NCBI GenBank assembly: GCA_028534125.1
Contig: CM052816.1
Span: 77,626,001 to 77,690,000, forward strand
Direction of reading: 5' to 3'
DNA from: Lama glama
Taxonomy: Eukaryota
DNA: 64,000 nt
In this document: positions 50,148-62,827 of the stretch, one piece after another
How the letters are laid out: the number at the start of each line of letters is the position of its first letter
How positions within the stretch are numbered: the first letter of the stretch is position 1
Position numbers and translations under genes: made by a program
The notes under the pieces: model-generated
The model's database searches: none
What the model saw: only the letters and a program-made list of their open reading frames with translations
Told to the model about the DNA's origin: nothing

Positions 50148-50855
50148 ACTTTTTTTTAACTTTTTTGATTGATTTATAATCATTTTACAATGTTGTGTCA
50201 AATTCCAGTGTACAGCACAATTTTTCAGTTATACATGAACATACATATATTCATTNNNNNNNNNNNNNNNNNNNNNNNNNNNNNNNNNNNNNNNNNNNNN
50301 NNNNNNNNNNNNNNNNNNNNNNNNNNNNNNNNNNNNNNNNNNNNNNNNNNNNNNNTGTTGTCGGTTTTTATGGCTGAGTAGTATTCCATTGTATAAATAT
50401 ACCACCTCTTCTTTATCCAGTCAGCTATTGTAAATAATGCTGCTATGAACATTGGGGTGCAGGTTTCATCCTGAAGTAGGATTCCTTCTGGATATAAGCC
50501 CAGGAGAGGGATTCCTGGGTCATACGGTAAGTCTATTCCTAGTCTTTTGAGGAATCTCCATACTGTTTCCCACAGTGGCTGCACCAAACTGCATTCCCAC
50601 CAGCAGTGTAGGAGGGTTCCCTTTTTTCCACAGACTCTCCAGCATTTGTCATTTGTGGACTTTTGGATGATGGCCATTCTGACTGGTGTGAGGTGATACC
50701 TCATTGTAGTTTTGATTTGCATTTCTCTGATAATTACTGATATTGAGCATTTTTTCATGTGTCTATTGATCATTTGTATGTCTTCCTTGGAGAATTGCTT
50801 GTTTAGGTCTTCTGCCCATTTTTGGATTGGGTTGTTTATTTTCTTCTTATTGAGT
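50148..50855 (-). mobile_element. Young camelid-type L1, 5'-truncated (ORF2 C-terminus plus 3' UTR), spanning a gap
   Basis: Open ORF2 end [57 protein letters not shown]. Probable TSD gagttttaacttt (50140) / gagttttaccttt (50856). Confidence 0.95.
50256..50355. other. Assembly gap (100 N)
   Basis: Run of N. Confidence 1.
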
Positions 50856-51129
50856 GAGTTTTACCTTTGGATAAGAACATGATGACCATCCAGCTCACCC
50901 ATGCTATTTCACAGTAACTAACGCCCAGAAAGGTTAGGTGAGTGACTCACCCAAGAGAACAATACTGGATGCCATCAAAAAAACTGAAAACAGTTTTTCA
51001 AATGGGGTATCATTGCTTCACCAAATCTTTTATAGCTCATAAGGTAAAAACCATAATGTAACGACCATAACAAATACTCATTGTAAAGAGCAAATTAAAG
51101 AATAAAATAAATAAATCATCATCTCACAT

Positions 51130-51648
51130 AACAAGAAGTGTCAACAACAGGCTATTTTAGAAAGTCAACATTGTTAAGGCTCAGGCTGCCCTCCTCATGT
51201 TGACAAGATGGTTGCCACAGCCCCAAACATCTCAGGCTCAAATGACAATATCCAGAGAGAAGAAGGTTGTGTGTACGTGTATGTGTCTGTGTCTGTGTGC
51301 ATGTGCGTGTGCATGTGTGTATGCTGGGGAAGGTAGGGGGAGGGAACCGCCTTTGCACATTTTTCTTTTGTTATGAGAATATAAATATTTCCTAGAGGCC
51401 CCCATTAGACTTTCCTTCAGGGTCCACTAACCAGAACTGAGTTGTTATATGCTCACCTTTAAACCAATTATTGACCAAAAAAGGATGAGGATTACCGTTC
51501 TATGGTTAGAGGATTCACAATTTTTACCCTTGGATCAGCTTCCCTGAGCATATTGCCGACCCCATGCCTAAATAAAATCTGAGTTTCCATTACAAAGGAA
51601 AAAGTGGGGAGTAGCCATTGGGCAGGCAGCCAACAGGGTCTGCCATCT
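51130..51648 (-). mobile_element. MaLR (MLT1J/K-like) LTR with an internal (TG)-rich tract
   Basis: caagatggttgccacagcccca..ccagaactgagt..ttgggcaggcagccaacagggtctgcca terminus. Confidence 0.65.
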
Positions 51649-51863
51649 TGTCAAATACTCCCGTTCTTCCCAGCATTTGTCATGGGAAAACTAGTGGCTC
51701 CTGTCACAAAAAGATATGACTCCGTGATACCCAGGGGCCAGTTCCCCTGTGCACAGGCTAATTCTTTCAAGGTTTGTGAACTTTTGCAATATAAGTGACT
51801 ATTTCAGTCTATTCTTCATTGTCTAAATATAAGGAAATCCTGGATTAAACTCACATTAATTCT

Positions 51864-51985
51864 CTATTACATTTTTGGAGGGGGGTAATTAGGTTTGTTT
51901 ATTTATTTAATGGAGGTACTGGGGATTGAACCCAGGACCTCAAGCACGTTAAGCACACGCTCTACCACTGAGCTATGCCTTCCCC
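51864..51985 (-). mobile_element. tRNA-Ala-derived camelid SINE (vic-1-like)
   Basis: Minus strand ggggaaggcatagctcagtggtagagcgtgtgctt..gaggtcctgggttcaatccccagtacctcca (A and B boxes) followed by a taaataaataaacaaacctaattacc tail. Perfect 12-bp TSD cacattaattct at 51852-63 and 51986-97. Confidence 0.92.
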
Positions 51986-52149
51986 CACATTAATTCTTAA
52001 ATAAGGACATGGCTAAATTATCTACTAACTGATTCCCAACATTTTGTTGTTGTTGTTCCTACTGTGTATTAGGAACTCTTCTTGGTGTGATTTATACATG
52101 GTACTGGGATAAATGTTCAATTATTTGGAAGAGCAAAGTAAATAAATGC

Positions 52150-52800
52150 TTAATGTCTTAAAGAATTAGATATTTTTAAACCAATATTTATGGAAAACTT
52201 GAGATTAGTAAGACCTATCATAAAGGAAAGGAAAAAAGTCATAAATTTTAAGTTGCAAAAAAGTTTTAAAATTCCAATACATCCAAAAAATAATATGTTA
52301 AAAGATAAAGAACAAACTAAGAAAAATTATTGTAGTATGTTTGAGAGGTTATTATTATTTAATATATATAAAGGTTTATAAACCAGTAAGGAGGACAACC
52401 TAAAAAAATGGTCAAAGGACATGAACATATATGTCATAAAATAAGAAATATAAGTGGTCAATAAATAGATTTAAAGTGTTCAACCACACTAGTAAAGAAA
52501 ACAAAGTTGTACGTTTAGAGCAATATATCATTGTAACTTATTAGACTGACAAATGATATTAACAAGGGTTGGTATGAGCGTGTAGAGCGCGAGCATTCTC
52601 ATATACTGCTGGTGAGAGTAAGAACAGATTCAGATGTGGGGGAATGCAAGTTGATGGCATTCAACAAAACCTTAATAAGGGGTACACCTTTTAATCCAGC
52701 CATTCTCCTCTGATCATTTATCCTAAAGAAATAATCAAGGCTATGTGCAAAGACCTTCTGAATCAATATACTCACCATGGTTACGTATAATGGCACTGTG
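52150..52800 (+). mobile_element. Ancient L1ME-like ORF2 3' fragment
   Basis: aaaatggtcaaaggacatgaaca..cattctcatatactgctggtgagagt..atccagccattctcctctga. Confidence 0.7.
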
Positions 52801-53344
52801 AATCCCAAGTACACCCACAAAACTTAACTGTAAATTGAGGCGAACTTGCTTCTGGAGTTTATTAGAATTTTATCGATTGTACAACAGAAAGACTTCTTAA
52901 AAAGCAAGGTATTTAAGTTGTTTAGTTTTTCTTTAAAGTGAATGTCTCTTTGATAATCTCTATGATCCTTTTGTGGGAAAGAAAAGCCAAAAAAATTTAA
53001 GAAAAAATTACCTGTTTTAGAAATGATGTTTTAAATTGGATCATCTCGTGAAAATCAATCTTAAAAAGTGACATTAAAATTTTTCTAAAGATGAACCTAC
53101 AGGTGCTACAAAATTAAAGAGAAAAACAGAGACTTTTCAACTAAAGCCAGGAAAGAGTTTAAATGAGGGGAAAAGCAAGCTTAGGAACAGACAGCTACCT
53201 GTAGCAGGACTTTCTGTTTTGTTTTAGATTTTTTAAATTGTTTTATAATTATTACTTTTTAATGTTTAATTATTATTAAAATTCAGAAATTTTAGATTGT
53301 TCATATTTAGAATTGTGGTTTGTATGTTATTTAAGAATTAACTA

Positions 53345-54045
53345 TATAAAAAGAATGAAATAATGCCATTTGCAGCATTCAGTTACATGTGGAATCTGAA
53401 AAAATGATACAAGTGGATTTATTTACACAACAGAAAAAGACTCACAAACATAGAAAACAAACTTTTGGTTACCAAGGGGAAAGATGGGGAGGGACGGATA
53501 ACTTAGAAGTCTGGATCAACAGATACACACTACTATTTTTTTTTTGGTATATCATAAAGTATTTATTCTATACTCTGGGCTTTTAGTGAAGTTTAACTTG
53601 ATTATAAATTTTCTCCCATTTTATTTATTTATTTATTTATTTATTACATTTTTTATTGATTCATAATCATTTTACAGTGTTGTGTCAAATTCCAGTGTTC
53701 AGCACAATTTTTCAGTCATTCATGGACATATACACACTCATTGTCACATTTTTTTCTCTGTGATTTATCATAACATTTTGTGTATATTTCCCTGTGCTAT
53801 ACAGTGTAATCTTGTTTATCTACACTACTATTTTTAAAATAGATAAACAACAAGGACCTACTGTATAGCACAAGGAACTATATTCAGTATTTTATAATAA
53901 CCTATACTGGGAAAGAATATGAAAAGGAATATATAGATAAGACAGATATTATATATATAAGAAAATATATCATATACATCTGAGTTACTTTGCTGTACAC
54001 CTGAAACTAACACATTATAAATCAACTATACTTTAATTTAAAAAA
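53345..54045 (+). mobile_element. L1 3' end (cetartiodactyl type), host of a nested insertion
   Basis: aaaaagaatgaaataatgccatttgcagca..aacaacaaggacctactgtatagcaca..gctgtacacctgaaactaacaca plus poly-A. Perfect 12-bp TSD aagaattaacta at 53333-44 and 54046-57. Confidence 0.93.
53541..53821 (-). mobile_element. Young camelid-type L1 3' end with a 3'-transduced segment
   Basis: 53645-53821 resembles the 3' end of the L1 at 50148. It is followed on the minus strand by a (TAAA)n tail, 73 bp of unique sequence and poly-A. TSD acactactattttt at 53527-40 and 53822-35. Confidence 0.9.
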
Positions 54046-54149
54046 AAGAATTAACTAGTTAATGAAGATAAATTTGAAAAAGGCTCACAATTTTGTTAAT
54101 AGTTTATAAGACTTCTTCAGGGAATGCGACCAAAATAAGTAGACCTAAT

Positions 54150-54480
54150 GATGGTTACCATTTACTGAGTACTCACCATGTGTCTGGCATTGCTTTAAGC
54201 TCCTTGCATCTATTAACCACTGAATCCTGACTATTATTATCCCCATTTTACAGATGAGGAAACAGAGGCACCGGGAGGTGCTAAACCTCCCCGGGTACAC
54301 ACTATGGGTGCGGTGCCAAGTGCTGCGCTACCTGCCTTCCAATCCTGATCGCATTCATCCTCACGCAGACTCCACATGGTTGATATTCTTTATCCTCTTT
54401 CCATTTTAAGGATGAGGAAACGGAGGCTTCAGAGAGGTTAGGTAGTGTGCCCAAGGTCACAGCCCACAGGCAGTCACTTC
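54150..54480 (-). mobile_element. Two adjacent MIR SINEs
   Basis: Two cores: ccccattttacagatgaggaaacagaggca and ccattttaaggatgaggaaacggaggct..gcccaaggtcacag. Confidence 0.85.
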
Positions 54481-55229
54481 AGCACTACCCGTGCCTTCAA
54501 ACCTTGACCTCTTGCCCCAGGCATTCTGCACAAGGGCAGGGCTCGGGGAGAAAGTGCCTCTTGTTGGCTGCACCAAAGGGCATTCCCCGGCCTCAGGTAA
54601 ACAGGGCAGGTTCTGTGGTGTTAGAGGCACCTCACAGCACTTAGAGGCTTCTCCAGGCTGGGGGGCCGGCGGTGGGCTCTAGAGGACAGAGAACACAGCC
54701 AAGGCAGGGCCAATGACCCACAGAGGCAGGCTGCAAACTCCACGTGAAGGCTCATGTGCAGAGGGTGTGCCCAGCCTGGGCCAAGCCCCCATTACAACAG
54801 AACCTGAAATCTGGAAACTTCGCAGACCCTCAGAGCCTAAAGAGAATATCAGATGCTTTAAGATGCCCCGTTCCCCCAACACTCATGAAATTTAAAATAA
54901 AAACAAAACAAAACAATACATTAAACTCAACAAAGCTCTATTTTTTTTCTCATCATCATGACTTTGGGTTATTTTGAAATATCAAATACCAATTTATTTT
55001 CAACTGCCCTAAATGTGAGCTTTGTCTGCACTGGGGCACTGGCTTTCAATCATTGCTAAGGTCCCATTCTGCCACATCTTTGCCATCCATCAACGTTTCC
55101 TTGTGGTAAATTACGGCCAATGTGTTTATGCGGGAAGGGGGAAATTTCCTGCTTCAATTTAGACTGAGGTGTCAATATGATAAATATCAAGGTAACAAGA
55201 TGGATATGAGACAGATTCTTCCACCATCT

Positions 55230-55282
55230 CACACACACACACACACACACACGCACACACGCACGCACACACACACACACAC
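55230..55282. repeat. (CA)n microsatellite with CG interruptions
   Basis: Direct reading. Confidence 0.95.
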
Positions 55283-56199
55283 TTTTAAAGGGATGGCTCT
55301 GAGAACCTGGAGCACAAAACAGGGATCAGAGAACACAGAGAAGAGAATATTAGAAGGAAACCTCTGGGGAAGCCTGTGTTCTGAACTCTCCTTCACCTTC
55401 CCAGTGGGATTGGGAAGGACCTCATGAGGGTCTTTCCCGATGCCTTTAGCAGCCTTGGGCTGGGGGCTGCTGGGGGAAGGACTTCATCAGGGGAGGCAGG
55501 TGGCCTCAGATGAAGGAGGCTGGAGGTGGATGGCCAGCTGCTCTGGACTAATCAAGGCAACAAGGCCAAGTCAGAACAGAACTGGGGCCATCTGGGTCCA
55601 GGGAGGGGAAGGAGAGAGAGGAACCCCACCGGGATACCTCAAGCATCCGGCAGAGTCTCCCAGGAGGGAAAGCCTCAGCCATTCACCAAGTCCCAAGAGT
55701 CTGATTAGGAACTGCTCTGCCCTATCTCATCCCCCTCCCCGCTCCATGCTGCCCCTCCATTGAGGGGGCGTGGGGGAACAGTCTTTGATGAGGGGAGGAA
55801 GGAAGACAGTTGAGTCTAGAATGACCGCAGGACCACTGAGGGGCATCGAGGGTGGAGGGAAGATTTGCTGCCAGGTCAAATGTAGAATATCCATTATCAT
55901 GAATGTAGGATTTTGACTTCTGATTCAAGACTATGTGACTTCAGGGGACTCAAGACTGGTACCTACCTGGGAATGAGCGTAAAAGTCATAGGCCTGCCTG
56001 ATTTTTCATCTGGGTTAAGGGAACATTACCACCACCATCCCCAATAAAGTTTAAAGGCACCAAGGGAAGCAATAAATAAAGCCGTGTCTTGAACATATCA
56101 CAAGTTGCGCTTGTTCAGTTTACTGCTCTCACTGCCATTTATCCAGCACCGACGCTACGCTCGGAGAATCACTAGTTTTCCTTTAGAAGGAGGCAGAAC

Positions 56200-56290
56200 C
56201 GGCCCCATCTTTACAGACAAGACAACTGAGGCTCAAAGAGGGTAAGTGACTGGCTGAACTGAAATTTGAACCCAGTTGTGCTGTCTGCAC
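56200..56290 (-). mobile_element. MIR fragment
   Basis: ttacagacaagacaactgaggctcaaagagggtaagtgact..tttgaacccag. Confidence 0.7.
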
Positions 56291-57507
56291 TGCAAACGCC
56301 AGGTGCCCGGGGGTGGTGGGAGGTCTTCAGCCTCCAACAGAAAGATTTCTCTGCTGCAGGCTTGGGGCAGTGGGCATGGTGACGATTTGCTCTATACTAG
56401 AACTGCAGGACAGGGGTTGCCATCCAGATAGAGAGACAGCAACCCAGACTCTCTTAGGAGGTCATCTGATTTGAACTGCTTTTCAGGAAGCAGCGGGGGA
56501 TGGATGCTGCGACCACTCACACACTTCTGCATAACTCATCCTGCCACGGTGGCACTGAGCCACTTCTCTTGCCTCCGATAGTTAATAGGTACCAGTCTTG
56601 TTTCCACTGACACCATGCTGGTGTCTGTGCAGACTGTATAAGCCACAAATATAGCCAGTAGATACAGACAGACAGATAGATGATAGATTGATAAAGCAAG
56701 GTGTCTAAATTAGCAGACAAACTAGATAGAAAAGATAAAGTTTAGAATTTTACAAAAAGACGCTGTTTAAAACTACCATGAAACGTAAGCTGTGATAGGA
56801 GTAGGGTCTTTCAATAATCAGGGTCAGAGTTTGAAACAGAAAAGCCTTGTTTTCATCAATCTTTAAACTAACATGTCAGGAAACTGGATAGGTGACTGTT
56901 TTTTTTAACTTTTCATAAAGTCTCAATAAATCAGGTTGAGACTGACTTGTAAATTTCCAGGCAATCCACATGCCATTCCCCACCCCGACTCTCCCCACCC
57001 CCCACCCCCATTCCCCACCTCCAGAAACCACATAAACGCATCAACAGAAGCAGGTTCCTCTCAAGGACAGGCTGCTACATTCTTCAGATTACTAAATTGT
57101 CATGAAAAGCCACCATTGTCCTGGCAAGATATTCGTGCCACCCAGACTGACCGAATCTCCTACAGAATCGCCCATTTCAGGCCAGAGGGGGCTCCCAGCC
57201 AGCCATGGGGAGGTAATTGCACCAGTGCGTGGGGGCAGGGGTGGGGTTGAGAGAAGGTCACTAATTTATCTTAGTGGGATGCTAACTTTGAAGCACACTG
57301 AAGGCTACTTAAATGTTAACATTTCGGAAGGGAAAGCACAAACACCCAGCTTTCAAGCCATCAAATTTTTCTTTTAAGAGATAACCACCTCTGACTCAGA
57401 AGACAAATATTAAAAATAAAAATATCCAATCCAAACAAAAACCAGACCAGCTCTCCACCATCCACACGATCTTGGTGGTCTCCAGGTGAAAGAAAAGTAG
57501 TGCCTGC

Positions 57508-57510
<3 letters not shown>

Positions 57511-57552
<42 letters not shown>

Positions 57553-57586
57553 CGTGTGTGTGCATGCGCACGCGCATGCATGTGTA
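57511..57586. repeat. (TG)n(CG)n alternating purine-pyrimidine tract
   Basis: Direct reading: 76 bp of uninterrupted Y/R alternation. Confidence 0.95.
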
Positions 57587-59379
57587 AGTTCAGTCCAGCA
57601 CAGGTTTTCTTTTTTTTTAAACAGTTTCTTTCTCCCCACCTTTCAAAGGTTAGCTAAATTACACAAATTCATCTGACCAAAGCAAATCCCATTTACAAGT
57701 GATGAAACATGGTCTTATGGAAGAGAAATAGAAAAAGATATTTCATTAACACGAAGCAAAAAGAAAACAAAAATATAACAATCTCTCACCCAACCCTCGA
57801 TTCAGTAAGGGGAAAATTGTCTTAAAGAATTTAAACAATGAAGCTTAAGACATGGCACCACTGCATGTTTTAGAAGTTATTTGTTCCTCCTTCCATGCTC
57901 CTTTTCCCTCCAAAAAGGAAAAAAAAGTTGCAGGAGACTGTTACAGAGAAAAAACAAAATAGATGCATTCAAAGGTGAGAGTTTAGTAATTAAAGCCAGC
58001 GTATAAGCTTAAAGCTGGAAGTTCCAAGGTCCAGATTCTGCCTTTTTCCTCCTGCCAAGTTCTCTTCATTAGAAACCACTTCAGTCCCTCATTCCTTTGC
58101 TTGCCTCCTGCTTTCAGTCCAGTGACTCAGACATAGGGAGGGGAGAGAGCTGCACCCAGCCAGCTCCTCCAGCAATAATTCTTTTACCGCCCCTGGAGAA
58201 ACTCCTTTTGTGTCCGTTGCAAAAAAAAAAAAAAAAAATCAGCTGCACCTTTCTGGTACTACTGGGACAAAGCATGGAAGAAAGAGGGCAGGACCAAAAT
58301 GTCATTCTAATTCCTCTTCTGCAATGAAATCCTGAAAGGTTTCAAACGGTACAGGGCTCAGATGCGGAACAAAGTGAGGCAAGCTTGCTGCTGTAAGTGG
58401 GTCTGTTAGCCTCACTAACCATCTTGGGCTTTCCTCGCCTCCCTCCTTCCACCGCCAGCGGGAAAACCAAGAAGCGGGAGGAAAGATCCCCACAGAGCGG
58501 TGATACCATCTCAGAAGGGATTTTGAGACTAAAAGGGTCTTTTGTATCCATAGACACAGCACACGTGGATATCAGGAAAGGTTCTAGTGCAACCGCGGTG
58601 AGTGTACACCTTCAGCACTGCAGAATTAAAGCAAAACAGGGAGTCTGGGTTATCTGTTTTCCTTTCAATTCACATCCTTTTCCAGGCACAATTCTGTCTT
58701 TACTCTATGTCTTTGTCTCCTGAGACTATCCAAGGAAGAGAAAAACAAAACAAAACAAAAAACCCACCCACCCAAACAAACAAAACCCAACCCATCCTGG
58801 GTTTAATATAATTTTCAAATGCTAAAGTCATAAATAATGGCACCCCCCGCTATGGTCTCACATCTGTTTCCCTGCCTTCGCGCAATCCCCCCAGCCTGCC
58901 CCCACCTGAAGTCTCTCCTACTTGTTTCCCCGGCCCTTCTCTGCTGTTTCAGCCAGAGGACGGAAACGTGTATTGGAATTTTCAGGCCAGGTGTGAGGTA
59001 TTTAGATGAACCTTGGCAGAGATAGCAAAGATTAATTTAAGAAAAATATAAGTTGGCAGAAGACTCTGCGGTAGATGTTTCCCCAGGAACAGGATTAACA
59101 AAGAAAAATAAAAGAAAAAGACGTTACATCCGGCATATTTCAAAGACATGAGAAAACACATGGATTGTATAAAATGAGAGTTAGCTCCAAGTTGGCTCAA
59201 TTCATAAAGAATTAAGGAGGCAGCAATAAAAATGTGAGACTATAAATACAGCCATAGCCTTCCCTTATTCTGCAACCCCCACCTCCCACAAACTCCATAC
59301 GTGCCTTCCACAAACTTTATTTGAATATTTATCTTGGGACTTTCTTTTCACTCGCCGCCGCTGACAGCCTCCCAGTTCT

Positions 59380-60580
59380 TTGACACCCACAATCCTAGTC
59401 TTTGCATCAGCCAACATGGCCCAATTCCACACTCGTTCTTTTCATTACTCAAAATGTCTCCATCACCAAGATCTTCAACTCTGGAGTTCCCCTCACACAC
59501 CACAGTCTCTTTGTCTGCCATCTTTCTTACTTATTCCTACCGAGCCCAGCCTCCCCCGGCGTAAGCCCCTTTCTTCTCTTCTCATCCTTTAGCCCCTCTG
59601 GTTTCATTTCCATCCCTATCCAGCCCAAACTTCAAATCACTTATTGCAATAGTGCTTGGTCCAGACTTGTCTTATCTAGGGAATCCCCTGTCTCTCCATC
59701 CTCCATTTCCATCTAAAAGCTGCTGAATCTCACTGGGAAAGGCAAATTAATACAAATGCCAACTATTTCACTCCCATGGTGTCTCTCTCTTGTGCCCAGG
59801 AACCCTCTTCTTGCACTATTTTCAAGCATATTCAAAACTCATCATTATTTTCTTTCTGTGAATCACAGTTCCCTTACAATCATCTTTGATGCCTAAACCC
59901 ACATCTTCTTTCTTAACCCAGTCATCTAACAAGGTACCATGTCCTGCTGACTTTATCTCCACAATAATTTTTAAATGATTTTCTTCCTTTCAGTTTCAGT
60001 TCCTATTACCAACACCTCCGTTCATTCCCCCATGATCTCCGCTTGGTAGTTTCCACAGACTCCATCCTGCTCACCCAACTCCCAGCCTCCCCTTTCCAGT
60101 TGTGCAGTCCTGCCATCAGTTCCTTCCTGCGAAGAAGCCTCCAGTGGCCCCTGTTGGCTACCAACTGAAATACATATCCCATAGCCCAGCACAGACCCAC
60201 CCACAACAAAGCCACAACCTGCTTTTCCAGCCTCCCCTCGCTAGTCCACCATTCTTTTGGCCAAACAGAAACAAACAAACAAACAAAAAACCACACTGTT
60301 TTCGCACTTCTACACTTACTGATCAATTCCCACCCACCCCTATTTGTCTTTCAAACTTCTGCCATCTTTCTAGGCTCTTCTCAAATGCCGTCTCTTCCAT
60401 GAAGCCAGTGATCTTTCTTCCCTTCAGGCACCAAGAATTACCTCATCTCCCTCTGCTTTGGAGTTTACTTCTACACTTATTTATATTGGAAGCTTCCTAA
60501 GGAACTTTATTTTCAGCTTTGTATTCCTACAGGGTTTGTAAAGTGCCCTCCATAATAAGGCAGCTGAATAAGTATTTGTG
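59380..60580 (+). mobile_element. Highly degenerate L2 fragments
   Basis: Pyrimidine-rich L2-like text (gactttatctccacaata; ctcaaatgccgtctcttccatgaagcc; aataagtatttgtg). Confidence 0.5.
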
Positions 60581-62827
60581 CAAAGTCAAAAAGAAAGAGT
60601 AAAATAAGCAGCTGCATCTGATATTTCATGTCTCTACTCTGCTATTAATTGGGTGGTGGTGGGGGCTGGGGGGGTGGTCCAGTAGGTCCTTTCACCTCTC
60701 TGGGTCTTGTCTTAGTACTTGAAAAAAGAAGAGCTTTTAACTTGAAGGTCTCTAAACTAATAGTCTAACTCAAATGCAATATAATTCTTCTGCTAGATGA
60801 ATAAATTTGGAAAAATACTGACAAGCTTGGTTTGCCACTTCCATAAGAAAAATCGCCCCGGATAGGTAGTTCCAGGAACTTCCAATCATAGCATTGTCAC
60901 CCTCAGGGTTGATTACATATAACCGTATTTAATGGGGAAAGGTCTGGGGAGCGAGGTTGTGATCCCAGAGCTGTCTGACATCTCCTGACCCACCCACATA
61001 CCCCCAACATTTTTATGTGCAGATATGCAGATGGCGTGTTGTTTCCCAAAAACTTAAAATGAATTCCACAGAGTCCTCCTTTCAAAGCCTTATTGGGTCT
61101 GGTGAGAAATGATGACAGGATCAGGGTCTGCCATTTATTTTTTAATTTAATTTCCTGAGTCAGTCTCACCTCCTCACACAGTCCAGGGGTAAATGGTGAT
61201 GCCTATTCTGAAAGTGGTGATTGATTGATTGATTTACATATGTGTTTATTTATCTGTCTATTCACTCTTTCATTGTTTCATTCATCTATCTATTTATCTA
61301 TTTATTTATTTGTTGAATTTAGGTAGCTCCTACTACAAAAGACCATACCTAAGCACTTCCATTTTGCTAACTAAAAGAAATATGTTTTGCTTTATCCTTT
61401 TCATAAACCACACAACAACTGAGTGAGTAAAGGATATTTCTGTTTCTTGGAGATAATACTGAACATCATGACACACTGATGAGTTTGTAGGATAAATGAT
61501 ACTATATTAAACATCATTGTTATGTATGTTATATATACAGATGACTACGTCATATTAACACTACAACATTCACGTAAAAGAACAGGAAGGAACTAGAAGA
61601 AGGAAAGACTCTCTGAGAAAGTCACTTGAGCTCCATGGTCCTTGGTGGCAGAATTTTAGAGCTGGGCAGCACCATTGCCAGCTGACATTGGCGAAGGACT
61701 TAACTCTCCAGCTCCACCTCATATCATGCAGGTGACATCCTGATACAACCAGCAGGGCAGGGGTTGTTACTCCCATTGAACAGATGAAAAGACTGCATCC
61801 CACCCACTTGTCAGAGGGCACACTGAGGAGAGTCAGAGCCACCAGCCAGGAGTCCTGGGTCCTGGTCCTATATCACCTTGCCACCAGATTACACTGCTCC
61901 TGAAAGGCACCTGGAAAACATTCATTCCAAAGCTCACATTTTTCAAAATGAGAATGGCTGAGGAGCCAGGTCTGTGACTGCCCAGCCAGAAGACTGTCTC
62001 TGCGTGCCAAAAGGGAGTAAATTACATAAAAACTAAATGGTTCTGAGAAAGGATTAATCGTGCAAGACCAAAGGCATTTCTTACTTGCAGTAGTCCACAT
62101 GAGGATTTAAACTGTAAGAAAATCATCATCACGAAGCCTGAGGAGGCAACAGTGCTACCTGAACAATTAAGAAAATAATACTGGCCAATGCTGCATCCCA
62201 ATCAAATTTAAAGTAAAGTTAACATGACTAACTTAGTGATTTTGTATAGTATGTATGTAATATATACAATGACATGTATTATATATTGTCAAATTTAATG
62301 ATCCTATGTATAATTATATAACCTATAATTATATATAATCAACCAATTTAGTGATTATATATAAATTTGATGATATATCATTTATATCATTATATATTAT
62401 ACATACACATATCTTGTTGGGTAGACAAAAATTAAGCAGAAATAGAAAGTAGGTCACTTGAATGACTTTAATTAGCATCATACAATCCAATGTATACTTT
62501 CTTCCTCTTTATTGTATTACAGCATCTGTTTTCAGCATCAGTGACATCAGTTTGCCCTGGTATCCTGCCCTCTCGATCTCTTCTACTCTGTTCTCCCTTC
62601 ACTGAGTGCTGCAGCCACTCTTGGGTACCACTTTATGCCCCCACCCCCATCACACACACACACACACGCTTCTGTGCCTTTGCTCTTGTTGTTCCTTCTG
62701 GTTAAAATACTCTTTCCATCTTTTTCTTTCACCTGGCTAAATATCACTTATCCTGAGACTCAAGCTTTACCTTTGATCTCTTTACCTTAACTCTAACTTA
62801 GGATAGTGCCTTTCCTTACTGATACAC

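Noticed and set aside
50225..50773. 182-aa ORF as a host gene
   Set aside because: It is the L1 ORF2 C-terminus of a truncated element, extended by Ns.
51913..51985. tRNA-Ala gene
   Set aside because: Diverged anticodon arm, SINE tail and TSD show it is a SINE head.
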